A DNA stretch of 64,000 nt from assembly GCA_034669905.1 (NCBI GenBank), contig JAXMOL010000036.1, positions 1-64,000 of the forward strand. Direction: 5' to 3'. Under the pieces are notes generated by a model, which searched no databases, was not told where the DNA came from, and was given only the letters and a program-made list of their open reading frames with translations. Below, in pieces: positions 49,759 to 59,429 of this stretch; position 1 is the first letter of the stretch, and every line of letters starts with the position of its first letter. Made by a program: the position numbers and the translations under genes. This DNA is from Candidatus Hydrogenedentota bacterium. Lineage in GTDB: Bacteria > Hydrogenedentota > Hydrogenedentia > Hydrogenedentales > JAEUWI01.

Positions 49759-50964
49759 CTAGTGATTGTGCCCGTCGTGGTTTACCGCTGCTGCCGCCGC
49801 GGCGCCGGGCAGGTAGACCACCAGATCTTCGGTGTAGGTCTTTCCATTGACCTCCAACATGACCGCTACGTTGCCACTGAAGGGGATTCCCCGCTGAAGC
49901 TTGCCATCGTAGGTTACGACGACTTTCACTTCGTTTTCTGATGGGCCAGGCGTCACCACAACTCCCAACCGCTCCGAGCTCGGCGTCGTTTCTTTGACGA
50001 CAAGCGGCGTGGCCGCACTAAAGCTAAACACGACCTCCGAGGTGGCGCCACCTTCCACCCGTTTCAACTGTCCTCCCGGCGGGAAGGCCGGATCGACCGC
50101 GTAGGGTGCAATGACGGTGCCGGAGAAGCTCAAGCGCAACGGAAAACCACGCTTTGTATCGGCCACGAGCCGCGCATAGCGGGCGAAGGGCCCTACGGGC
50201 AGGTTGGGACCAAAGCTGAATACCAGGTCAAACTCCTGCTTGCCCGCGGCCTTCCACTCCGACTCGGGCACGTCAACAATCTCTGCTTCGAGGCCGAGGT
50301 CCACGTTGTCTGGAAGCCCTAAGCGCAGCACCTCGAGTTGCTTGATGTCCACCTTCTCGTCAATCAGCTGGCGGAATCGGATGCGGTGCTCAAAAGCCTC
50401 GCCTTTCTGGATATCCCCCAACTCGATTTCCTCGGGGCCGACCTCATATTCCGGGTCTACGTCGGCGAAGACATCCACTTCGGTAAACATCTGTTCGGGG
50501 TCGCTGGACGTAATGGTCAAGACTTTGTGCGAATGAAAGCCCGGAATCCGACGGGGATCGATAACGACGTCAATCCAGCTTTCCTGCCCTCCTTGGATGA
50601 GGGCATTTTCCGGCGTGATGGACCCCTGTGTGCAGGCACACGTGGTGTCGATCTTCGTAATCTTCAGGGGCATCTCGCCGTCGTTATACACTTTGAGTTG
50701 GCGGCGGGTGAAGTCGTCGTTTGCAATGACGCCCAACTCCATTTTCTGCGTTTCCAGCCGTATTTTGGCCACCTTATCCATCGATTCACCCTGGGGCGGC
50801 ATGGTGGCCAAATCTTTTTCGCCGGGCTGTTTCTCCAGCGAAAGCTCGCTGAGAAATTCATCGGTCGACTCAAACTCGGAATCACCGCACCCGGTCATCA
50901 GCCCACCCAAACACACCATGAGCATCCAACCCGTGACTACCTTCAGTACCTTGTGCTTCTGCAT
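49759..50964 (-). CDS. DUF1573-domain lipoprotein
   Basis: Lipobox MTGC; N.G..PLKI....TTCACT motif. Confidence 0.75.
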   Translation of the reverse strand: MQKHKVLKVVTGWMLMVCLGGLMTGCGDSEFESTDEFLSELSLEKQPGEKDLATMPPQGESMDKVAKIRLETQKMELGVIANDDFTRRQLKVYNDGEMPLKITKIDTTCACTQGSITPENALIQGGQESWIDVVIDPRRIPGFHSHKVLTITSSDPEQMFTEVDVFADVDPEYEVGPEEIELGDIQKGEAFEHRIRFRQLIDEKVDIKQLEVLRLGLPDNVDLGLEAEIVDVPESEWKAAGKQEFDLVFSFGPNLPVGPFARYARLVADTKRGFPLRLSFSGTVIAPYAVDPAFPPGGQLKRVEGGATSEVVFSFSAATPLVVKETTPSSERLGVVVTPGPSENEVKVVVTYDGKLQRGIPFSGNVAVMLEVNGKTYTEDLVVYLPGAAAAAAVNHDGHNH

Positions 50965-50967
50965 TGT

Positions 50968-51978
50968 TTACTCCGTCTTGAACCGTACGTCATACGCGGC
51001 TTCGGCAGCGACCAAGGAGTTGGAAAGCTGCGCGTACACCGTGTCGGTCACCGTACATTTCAGTTCCATGCCCAATAACAACGCACCTACAACGGGCTCA
51101 TAGATGGGCATCACGAGACGCGCCCCCGGGCACTCCCGGTGAACCACGGTAGTCAGCGCATCCACGAGGACCGGGCTCCGGCCTTTGAACACGCTGCCCG
51201 CCATGACCACATCGAAGACGTCCCGCTCCATGCCCAATTGGCGAATGGCCGCATTGACCATTTCACCCAGGTAACGGCCACCCCATTCGAGAATGTCGCA
51301 GGCAATGGAATCACCTTCCCACGCGGCATCAAAGACCAACTTGGCCATGGGCTGCAGGTCGCTGTAGGTTATCCTACCATAGTACATTTCGAGGAAAAGC
51401 GCCTCAATGTCAGCGCACCCCGATCGGGTCACAAATTTTTCGGTGAGCAGGGTGGGGCCGGTCACGCCATCACGGGCCCGCCATACGGCTTTCAGCCCGT
51501 GAATCCCGATGGAAGAGCCGCTGACCCGATCCCCATAGTCTTCACTGATGCCACCGATGCGCACTTCCTTGCCGGCGCTGTTTACACCAGCGCAGACACA
51601 CCCCGTTCCACAGGCAATCACCACACCGAAGGGGTCTCGGGTACCGCCACGCAGGCCCCCCATGGAATCATTGCGGAGCAACCGTGGAATATCTCCGAAG
51701 ATGGGCCCGAAGATCTCCCGCTCCAGCATGTCGTAATCGTCGGGGATATCGGCACCGGCGACGCCCATACCGACGGCATCAATCTCTTCCAGCCGAATTC
51801 CGGCACTTTCGAGGGCCCCTTCCACAGCACGACGTATTTCCTGGTGGGCCGCTTCTACCCCATAGCCCTCATAGTTTCCCGTGCCACCGCGACCAAAGCC
51901 CTTGATCTCACCGTTTCCATCTCCAATCAGACAGAACGTCTTGGTCCCACCTGCATCCAGTCCCAGGTAGTAGGCCAT
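50968..51978 (-). CDS. BadF/BadG/BcrA/BcrD family kinase (N-acetylglucosamine kinase-like)
   Basis: LGLDAGGTKT, GVAGAD, ND, IACGTG, GSVF. Confidence 0.85.
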   Translation of the reverse strand: MAYYLGLDAGGTKTFCLIGDGNGEIKGFGRGGTGNYEGYGVEAAHQEIRRAVEGALESAGIRLEEIDAVGMGVAGADIPDDYDMLEREIFGPIFGDIPRLLRNDSMGGLRGGTRDPFGVVIACGTGCVCAGVNSAGKEVRIGGISEDYGDRVSGSSIGIHGLKAVWRARDGVTGPTLLTEKFVTRSGCADIEALFLEMYYGRITYSDLQPMAKLVFDAAWEGDSIACDILEWGGRYLGEMVNAAIRQLGMERDVFDVVMAGSVFKGRSPVLVDALTTVVHRECPGARLVMPIYEPVVGALLLGMELKCTVTDTVYAQLSNSLVAAEAAYDVRFKTE

Positions 51979-52021
51979 GCATTCGTTCCTTTTCTTATTT
52001 GTATACGGCGCGCCGTATGCT

Positions 52022-52056
52022 AAAAGAAACGCGGGAACATACATTCCCGCGTTTCT
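52022..52056 (-). terminator. Intrinsic terminator after the pal-cpoB cluster
   Basis: 13-bp stem AGAAACGCGGGAA/TTCCCGCGTTTCT plus A-tract. Confidence 0.7.
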
Positions 52057-52116
52057 GCCAATGGATTCGTGTCGGTGTCCACCCGAGGCGGATGGTTATC
52101 TGACGCCCCCGCGTGC

Positions 52117-52959
52117 TTAGTTTCCGCTCAGTTTGGCCAGATCGGCCTCGGCCTGGCGGGCCGCACTGGAGGTCGGATACTTGGCGATAACTTCGCGCAA
52201 CAGGGCCTCGGCCTCGTCATTCCGTCCCAAACGGGAAAGTGCCACGGCCTGCGATTGCATGGCCTGAGATACCTTGGAATGATTGTCCGGGTAACCGGAG
52301 CGCACCTTGTCAAAGGCGCTGACCGCCTCATTGTACTGCTCCAGCCGGAGGTAACACCGCCCCTGCCAGTACTGGGCGTTACCGGCCAGTTCCGTACCGG
52401 GGTAGCGGGCCAGAAAATCGCTGAACAGGGCCAGGGCCCCATCGTAATCGTCGTTCAACCAGACTTCCTGGGCTTTCCGATACACCGCTGCGGAATCATC
52501 GCTCGTAATGACGGGCGTCGCGATAGGCGTGTCTGTCACGTCTTCTTCCGGCTCGGTCGAAGCGGGCGGTTCGATGGCGATAGAATCCGTGCCCGTGCCC
52601 GTGCTTGCGGGTGCGGACACCGGAGAAAAACCGGACCCGGATGTGGTGAGATTGAACTGCTGGTAGATCGTCGCCGTCAGTTCACCCAATTGCTCTTCGA
52701 GCGAATCGAGCTTGACCTGATTCTCTTCGACCATGCTCCGCAGTTTGCGGGTCTGTTCTTCACTCGCATCCACGCGGCTGACCAAATCGGAGGTCGTCTG
52801 ATTCAGCTTCTTTATGGTGCCGTCGAGACTGTTATTAAGATTGGTCACCTTGCGGTGGGTATCGTAGAGCAGGGTCTCCACCTGGTTAGAAGCGGCGCTC
52901 ACATCCAACGCGACGCTTGCGATGGCGAGTACGCCCGCACACCATGCGTTCCGTCCCAT
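52117..52959 (-). CDS. cpoB: Tol-Pal protein CpoB/YbgF paralog 2
   Basis: Signal peptide, coiled coil, TPRs (FLARYP...NAQYWQG, YPTSSAA). Confidence 0.72.
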   Translation of the reverse strand: MGRNAWCAGVLAIASVALDVSAASNQVETLLYDTHRKVTNLNNSLDGTIKKLNQTTSDLVSRVDASEEQTRKLRSMVEENQVKLDSLEEQLGELTATIYQQFNLTTSGSGFSPVSAPASTGTGTDSIAIEPPASTEPEEDVTDTPIATPVITSDDSAAVYRKAQEVWLNDDYDGALALFSDFLARYPGTELAGNAQYWQGRCYLRLEQYNEAVSAFDKVRSGYPDNHSKVSQAMQSQAVALSRLGRNDEAEALLREVIAKYPTSSAARQAEADLAKLSGN

Positions 52960-53023
52960 AACTAATGCTCCTTATTGTATTGTTCAGCCCAGGCCAATAA
53001 CCCGGGTCAATTCAACGGCTGAT

Positions 53024-53857
53024 TTACTCGCGACCCCGCAACTGTTTCAAGTCACGCTCCGCATGCGACGCTGCGGTGGAGGTGGGATAGTTGGCCACGA
53101 CCTCCTCCATCAGGGCAACCGCTTCGTCCCGTTCCCCCAATCGAAAATGACCCACCGCCTGGTTGTGCAGGGCAAAGGCCATGTAGCTGCTCTCGGGATA
53201 GTCCCGACGCAGCACTTCGAAGGCACGAATGGCGCGGGAATACTCGCTTTGGTTCAAGAGCGTTTTGCCGAGCCAGAACTGGGCCTTATGCCGCTGAGCC
53301 GAGCGGGGATAGTCTTCGAGAAAGGCAGAGAAGGCCGCTTCAGCAGCGGCATAGTCTTCCTGGTCGTACTGCGTTTTCGCCTGGTTGTAGGCGTCCTGAT
53401 CGCCAGCCGAAGCCGAAGGAGCCACCACCGGTGGTGCGGCCGCCGCGGAATCTCCCCCCTCCGAATTGCTGCGGGTGGGCGGCACGATTTCAATTCCCGT
53501 GCCATTGGTGCTTCCACGTGCAGGACGTGCAGACTCCGATATCCCCCAGTGGCGATACAGGGTCGACTTCAGGTCGGCAAGCATCTTCAGCAGGTTGTCG
53601 ATTTTGTGCTGATTCTCTTCAATGAGCGAAGTCAGCAAACGCATCTGGCGTTCGTTTTCATTCACCCGCTGAATGAGGGCGGCGGCGTTCTCGTTGAGCT
53701 CAGCCAACGACGGTTCAAGCCCCTCATCCAGCAGGGTAACCCGCTGGTGCATGTCCGTCACGACGGTTTCCATGTTGCGACCGCCTGTGCTGACACAGCC
53801 GGGCATCAAGGTCACCGCCCCGAGGGCGAGCAAGAGTATGGTGTATTGAATACGCAC
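53024..53857 (-). CDS. cpoB: Tol-Pal protein CpoB/YbgF paralog 1 (lipoprotein)
   Basis: Lipobox MPGC, coiled coil, TPRs (FLEDYP...AQFWLG); directly after pal. Confidence 0.75.
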   Translation of the reverse strand: MRIQYTILLLALGAVTLMPGCVSTGGRNMETVVTDMHQRVTLLDEGLEPSLAELNENAAALIQRVNENERQMRLLTSLIEENQHKIDNLLKMLADLKSTLYRHWGISESARPARGSTNGTGIEIVPPTRSNSEGGDSAAAAPPVVAPSASAGDQDAYNQAKTQYDQEDYAAAEAAFSAFLEDYPRSAQRHKAQFWLGKTLLNQSEYSRAIRAFEVLRRDYPESSYMAFALHNQAVGHFRLGERDEAVALMEEVVANYPTSTAASHAERDLKQLRGRE

Positions 53858-53877
53858 GCTAGAACCGCTTCCAACCG

Positions 53878-54438
53878 TTACATGGACCGGGCTTGGAGGA
53901 ACTCACAACGACGGTTGCGTGACCAGGCAGCTTCGTTGCTGCCGATGGCTTCGGGCGCTTCTTCACCGAAGCTGATGGTAATCAGCCGGTCGCCGGAGAC
54001 ACCCAACTGACGCAGGTGTTCGCGCACGCTCTGGGCACGGCGTTCGCCGAGGGCAAGGTTGTATTCCTGCGTGCCGCGCTCATCACAGTGACCCGCCACC
54101 TGGATGATGACATTGGGCACTTCTTTGATGCGCTCCGCGTTTTCGCGCAGGATTTCGAGGGCGCGCGCGTTGAGCGAGGAGGAATCATAGTCGAAGTAGA
54201 CCGTCTTCAGCCCCTTGTCAGGCGAAAAGAGCAACTGCTCCAGATTCAGGTCCTGGTTCATGCCGGGATCGCCATCGTCGGCTTCCACGTCCGAAGCATT
54301 GGCGCTATCGTCGGTCATCGTGTCGTCCAGGATGGGTCCCTTATCGCCCTTCTTGCAGCCTGCCATGCTGAAAGCAGCCAGGCCGAGGCAAAGAGAAAGA
54401 GTGAGGAGATAACGGAGAGTCGAGAATTGGGTTGGCAT
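53878..54438 (-). CDS. pal: Peptidoglycan-associated lipoprotein
   Basis: Lipobox MAGC; VYFDYDSS, GHCDERGTQEYNLALGERRA, NRR. Confidence 0.92.
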   Translation of the reverse strand: MPTQFSTLRYLLTLSLCLGLAAFSMAGCKKGDKGPILDDTMTDDSANASDVEADDGDPGMNQDLNLEQLLFSPDKGLKTVYFDYDSSSLNARALEILRENAERIKEVPNVIIQVAGHCDERGTQEYNLALGERRAQSVREHLRQLGVSGDRLITISFGEEAPEAIGSNEAAWSRNRRCEFLQARSM

Positions 54439-54780
54439 AGTCAGTACCCTTGGTATTTTGGTTAAATTACACGCACATCCACAAAATGGGTGGCCAGACG
54501 GAAGCCCGTTTTTTATTGCAGATTCATCCCGTTTTGGAGCAACCCAACGCCGCAAACGCCGAAGCATTTTCCAGCGTGAGGCTATTCTACCTGCACACCC
54601 CTTCGGAACACAACACATATCGTGGAAATCCTTTCGGAGATTTCCAAAAACCTTCTACTTCTCTAATGTCCGTTCGGTGCTAAAAGTTCCGAACCGGCCT
54701 GACCACCCGCCATTACCGCCTTTTTGGCGACCTCGGCACACACGGACATGGTGGAAGGCACCGAGTTTCCAGGAGTATTC

Positions 54781-55932
54781 CTAGACCCGCTCTATAATGG
54801 TCGCCGTGGCCATACCGTGCCCAATACACATGGTCTGGAGTCCGTAACGCTTTCCGGTCCGTTCCAATTCGTGCACCATTTTGGTCATGAGAACCCCACC
54901 CGTCGCGCCGAGGGGGTGCCCCGTGGCAATGGCCCCACCATTGGGGTTTACCTTACTCATATCCGGCTGCAGCTCTTTCGCCCAGGCCAAGACCACACAG
55001 GCGAAGGCTTCGTTAATCTCGATCAAATCCATGTCGGCCAGGGTCAGTCCGGCTTTTTCGAGCACCTTCCGGGTGGCTGGGATTGGTCCGGTCAGGGTCA
55101 GGCGCGGGTCACTGCCCACGACGACCCGGGCGACGATTCGGGCTTTTTTCTTCAGGCCAAACTTCTTGACGGCCGCTTCGCTGGCCAACAGGACGGCCGC
55201 AGCGCCATCAGAGATCTGGCTCGCGTTGCCGGCCGTGATCCGACCATCTTCCTTAAAGATCGTCTTCAGGGTGCCCATCTTTTCCACATCGATACTCTTG
55301 CGGAAACCCTCATCCACATCAAGGACCCGGGTCTCGCCATCCACGGTGACGGTCATTGGCATGATCTGACTCTTGAATGCGCCTGCTTCCGTCGCGGCAG
55401 CAGCACGACGGTGGCTCTGGGCCGAATACTCGTCCAGCTCGTGGCGGCTCAGGTCCCATTCGGTGGCAATGTCTTCCGCACAGATCCCCATGGGGCGCAG
55501 CGGAAACGGGAAGTCGGCAAGGAAGTCTTCGGTGAGCCCCCCCCAGTCGCTGCCCATAGGCACCCGACTCATCATCTCAATACCGGAAGCAATCACCAGA
55601 TCCATGTCCCCACTGGCAATGGCCTGGCTTCCAAAGTGGACCGCCTGTTGACTGGAGCCACACATGCGGTTGAGCTGTACGCCCGGCACTTCGACAGGAA
55701 ATCCGGCTTTCAGAAGGGCAAGGCGGGCGATGTTGGCCCCCTGCTCGCCGATGGGCGATACACACCCCGCGATAATATCATCCACGTGGGCTTTGTCCAC
55801 GCCCGCGCGCGTACAGAGTTCCTCCAGCACGCCCGCCAACAACGCGACGGGGTGAATGGCATGAAGGCCCCCGTTTTCTTTGCCACGGGCCACGGGGGTA
55901 CGTACGGCTTCCACGATATAAACGTCGGACAT
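54781..55932 (-). CDS. Thiolase (acetyl-CoA C-acyltransferase)
   Basis: NRMCGSS, NEAFA, GHPLGATG, TMCIGHG. Confidence 0.92.
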   Translation of the reverse strand: MSDVYIVEAVRTPVARGKENGGLHAIHPVALLAGVLEELCTRAGVDKAHVDDIIAGCVSPIGEQGANIARLALLKAGFPVEVPGVQLNRMCGSSQQAVHFGSQAIASGDMDLVIASGIEMMSRVPMGSDWGGLTEDFLADFPFPLRPMGICAEDIATEWDLSRHELDEYSAQSHRRAAAATEAGAFKSQIMPMTVTVDGETRVLDVDEGFRKSIDVEKMGTLKTIFKEDGRITAGNASQISDGAAAVLLASEAAVKKFGLKKKARIVARVVVGSDPRLTLTGPIPATRKVLEKAGLTLADMDLIEINEAFACVVLAWAKELQPDMSKVNPNGGAIATGHPLGATGGVLMTKMVHELERTGKRYGLQTMCIGHGMATATIIERV

Positions 55933-56059
55933 GATTGCTCTCCTTAGCTACGCACGGGGGTCGATTTCATTGACTTGGGGAACGTGGTGCTGCCCGCACC
56001 CGGTCCTAACGGTAAGTATAGACCAGTCCATTCCCCAATGCCACCCGACCGGCGCCGTC

Positions 56060-56854
56060 TCAGTGCTTCAGGGCGAGGGTTACCAGGTAGGCACAATGGT
56101 CCGACGCCACCGCATCCTGGCGCACTTCGGTCGCGATGACGCGCCATCGGGCGGCCGGAGCATACATGACATAGTCTATTTTTATCTTGGGATCGTCGGA
56201 AGGGAAGGTCGGCGGCGGGTTGTCGTCGTGGGCGGCGGTCCAGTGACGTCCCAGGATCTCCAGCGTCGAACTGTCGGGCGTGGCGTTAAAGTCACCGGCG
56301 AGCAGGGAGGGCAGCTTCGTGTCCGCCACCGCAGCCCGAAGCGCTTCTGCCTGGGCGTCCCGCTCCGAGGCGGACCCCTGATCGAGGTGGGTGCCCACCA
56401 GCTGGATGGTCGGCCCTTCGGGAAGGGTCAAGGTTGCCGCGATGGCCGCCCGGGGCTCTTTGCCCTCGCTATGGGGCAAGGCAATGCGGCGGGTGGTATC
56501 GAAGGAAAAGCGGGACAGCAAGGCCAGTCCATATTCACCCCCATCATAGGCCATGGCCCTTGCGAAGACCGAAGTCATCCCCGTGCGCTGGCCCAACTCC
56601 GTCGCAAGATCGTAGCCCCTGGCGCGGCGGGTCTTGAAGTCCACTTCCTGTAAGGCCACCAGGTCGGGACTGGCATCCAGAATTACCTTTGCGACACGGT
56701 CCAGATCAAAGGTTCCTTCGGTCGTTTCACCGTGGAGGATGTTGAACGAGAGTATCTTGAGGGTCGTTTCTTTCATAGTCTCCGCCTGAATTCCGACGTT
56801 TATGCCCATAACGAGCCATATAACGATTACGAGGGTACGGTGTCTACATTTCAA
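56060..56854 (-). CDS. Endonuclease/exonuclease/phosphatase family protein, probably secreted (start uncertain)
   Basis: SFNILHG, LVALQEVD, THL, GDFN, IDY, SDH. Confidence 0.85.
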   Translation of the reverse strand: MKCRHRTLVIVIWLVMGINVGIQAETMKETTLKILSFNILHGETTEGTFDLDRVAKVILDASPDLVALQEVDFKTRRARGYDLATELGQRTGMTSVFARAMAYDGGEYGLALLSRFSFDTTRRIALPHSEGKEPRAAIAATLTLPEGPTIQLVGTHLDQGSASERDAQAEALRAAVADTKLPSLLAGDFNATPDSSTLEILGRHWTAAHDDNPPPTFPSDDPKIKIDYVMYAPAARWRVIATEVRQDAVASDHCAYLVTLALKH

Positions 56855-56878
56855 GACGCCAATCCTTCCGCTGTGGGG

Positions 56879-57214
56879 TTACTCCGCCGTTTCTACCGTG
56901 TAGAGCCACCAGCGCCGTTGCACCTTCCCCCCCGATCGGGGGCGCCGCTCAACGTAGACGCGCATCACCAATGCTTCCGTCGTCTCAAAACGGTACCAGT
57001 GTTTTCGCACATACTGCTCACCGCTACCATGGGTACAGGGCCCGAGTCCTCTGCCGGAAGCGAGCAGCTTCAACACCGGATAGGTGTTGCCTCGCCACAC
57101 AACCGCCTGGGGCACCAGCGGTTCCCCAGCGACATAGGGAGCGCCGTCCCCCGCTGCTTGGAACAGGGGTTTCACGTGCTCGCTGACCAGTCGTTCTCGG
57201 GTGGAAATTGCCAT
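56879..57214 (-). CDS. Small hypothetical protein (DUF6504-like)
   Basis: GEP..P...WRG, YVRKHWY, WWLY pattern. Confidence 0.55.
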   Translation of the reverse strand: MAISTRERLVSEHVKPLFQAAGDGAPYVAGEPLVPQAVVWRGNTYPVLKLLASGRGLGPCTHGSGEQYVRKHWYRFETTEALVMRVYVERRPRSGGKVQRRWWLYTVETAE

Positions 57215-57362
57215 GGTGATTACCGGAAGGATAGATTCCAAACATCATTGTCATCGATTGATTGGGCTGGCCACGGCCGCAAGAACACGCCCCAGAACCA
57301 ACGAACTCCACTATAGCAGACGCACGCGTCGTGGCCCAAGCGGCCCGGACTACCGGCAAGTA

Positions 57363-58013
57363 TCACGCCCGGGCTTTTGCCACCAACTCACCGACTTGCT
57401 TGCAGCGCTCTGTAATGGCCTGCCAGTTTCCGGCCGCGAGGTCCTCTTTCTTGGCAATCCACGTGCCGCCCACCGCAGCGACAACGTCCAGGGAAAGGAA
57501 GTCGGAAAGATTGTCGGCGGTCACCCCGCCGGTAGGCACAAAGCGCACCCCCGTATGGGCATAGGGACCGGAAAGGGCCTTCAGCATGGCAGGTCCGCCC
57601 AGGGCGCCAGCGGGGAAAAATTTCAGCACGCGGCACCCCGCCGCCATGGCCCCTTCGATATCGCTGGGAGTCGCCACCCCTGGAACAAAGGGCAAACCCA
57701 GCGCTTGGGCCTGGGACACGATGGCGGGATTAAAGCCTGGCGCAAGGGCAAATTGAGCCCCGCAATCCCGGGCGGCGTGCAGGTTCTCGGCCGTCAACAC
57801 GGTGCCGGCACCGAGAATCAGGGAGGGGCGTTCTGTCGCAAGCCGGGCGATCACGTCGGCTGCCGCGGCGGTGCGAAACGTGATCTCGGCAACCGGAAGC
57901 CCCCCTTCGAGTAGTGCGTCCGCAAGGGGCAAGGCATCCTCCACGGAATCAATGGCAATAACAGGAACTACACCGTATTGAGACAGGCGGTCCACGACGG
58001 ATTCTTGAGACAT
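57363..58013 (-). CDS. eda: KDPG/KHG aldolase
   Basis: EITFRT, GAGTV, PGVATPSD, LKFFPA, FVPTGG. Confidence 0.92.
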   Translation of the reverse strand: MSQESVVDRLSQYGVVPVIAIDSVEDALPLADALLEGGLPVAEITFRTAAAADVIARLATERPSLILGAGTVLTAENLHAARDCGAQFALAPGFNPAIVSQAQALGLPFVPGVATPSDIEGAMAAGCRVLKFFPAGALGGPAMLKALSGPYAHTGVRFVPTGGVTADNLSDFLSLDVVAAVGGTWIAKKEDLAAGNWQAITERCKQVGELVAKARA

Positions 58014-58420
58014 GATGAGATTCTCCACCAACTTTAATGGGGGTACGAATTAAGGGATTGGGTCAAAACGAAGGTTTAAAACATGTGTAGGGGTCAGGCG
58101 CCTGCGACTGCCGCGTTGGCCATCGTATTGCGGTGCCACGCGATGCCGGGCTGCGCGGGCTTTCCTGTGCATAGCGCCCGATTCGCGAGGGGCCAGGGCG
58201 GATGATTCCGTTCGGGCATCCGACGCAATACCATGGAGTATACCGGTCGGGAGAACAGGTCGCAACGAAGAAACCCAGACCCATGAAAGGTTCACGTCTT
58301 AATGCACCTTGGCCCCAAGCCGCTGCGCCTTGCCCCACATCGCCGCGCCACTTGCCTGGCACGTTGCCCGATGTTAAGGTATCCCATTACGACACCCCAA
58401 ACCGCTCGGAGAAGTCATCA

Positions 58421-59410
58421 ATGATTCGTACTACTTTCGTCGCCCTGACCATCGCCCTGGGGGCCCTTGCACCGGCAAAGGACATCCCCAAGATAATTTT
58501 TGATACCGACATGACGGGCGATTGTGACGATTGCGGGGCGCTGGCCATGTTGCACGCCCTGGCCGACAAGGGCGAAGTGGAAATCCTGGGATGTATCGCC
58601 AGTTACGGCGGCACCCCCTGGGTACCGGGCTGCATCGACGCTATTAATACATACTATGGGCGGGGCGACCTGCCCATTGGGGCGATCCACGAGGAATACG
58701 GCCGTATCGAGAGCCGTTACCTCGAAGCCATCGCCACCGACACCGAACGTTACGGACACGATATCGTGACCAAAGACCAGGCACCGGACCATGTCAGCGT
58801 GTACCGCAGCCTGCTCGCTGCTCAGCCCGACGGCAGCGTAACCATCGTCACGGTAGGCCGCCTCAAAGCCCTGGTCGACCTGTTGAACTCAACAGGAGAT
58901 GAACACAGTGACCTGGATGGCACAGCCCTGGTGAAGCAGAAGGTCAAAACCTGGGTCTGCATGGGGGGCCGCTATCCCAACCCCGAAGAAACTGGCGAAG
59001 CCAATTTTCAGACCTGGGGCGGCGCAGGCTATAGCAAAGCCGCCGTCGAAGGCTGGCCCCTCGACGTCACGTTCTCCGGGTGGGAAATCGGCCGTAACAT
59101 CATGACGGGCCACCAGCTCATGACCCAATCGGACGACAATCCGGCGGCGCGGGCCTATCGCCTCTTTCTCCGTGACAAAAAGAATCGGGAGAGCTGGGAC
59201 CAGACGGCTGTCCTGGTAGCCGTGCGGGGCGCGGCACCATGGTGGGACGTGGAATCTCAGGGACATAACGCCGTCCGGGAAGATGGCGTCAACGTATGGA
59301 AATCCGAGCCCGATGCCAACCACCACTACCTCATCCCGAAGGTACCACCGCGAGAGGTCGCGGAACTGATCGAGTCCCTCATGTGCGCGCCCCCGCTGAA
59401 CTCTAAATAG
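58421..59410 (+). CDS. Secreted nucleoside hydrolase family protein
   Basis: Signal peptide; IIFDTDMTGDCDD; MGG; SWD; GGAG upstream of ATG 58421. Confidence 0.8.
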   Translation: MIRTTFVALTIALGALAPAKDIPKIIFDTDMTGDCDDCGALAMLHALADKGEVEILGCIASYGGTPWVPGCIDAINTYYGRGDLPIGAIHEEYGRIESRYLEAIATDTERYGHDIVTKDQAPDHVSVYRSLLAAQPDGSVTIVTVGRLKALVDLLNSTGDEHSDLDGTALVKQKVKTWVCMGGRYPNPEETGEANFQTWGGAGYSKAAVEGWPLDVTFSGWEIGRNIMTGHQLMTQSDDNPAARAYRLFLRDKKNRESWDQTAVLVAVRGAAPWWDVESQGHNAVREDGVNVWKSEPDANHHYLIPKVPPREVAELIESLMCAPPLNSK

Positions 59411-59429
59411 TAACCAGGGGAACGCGCCT

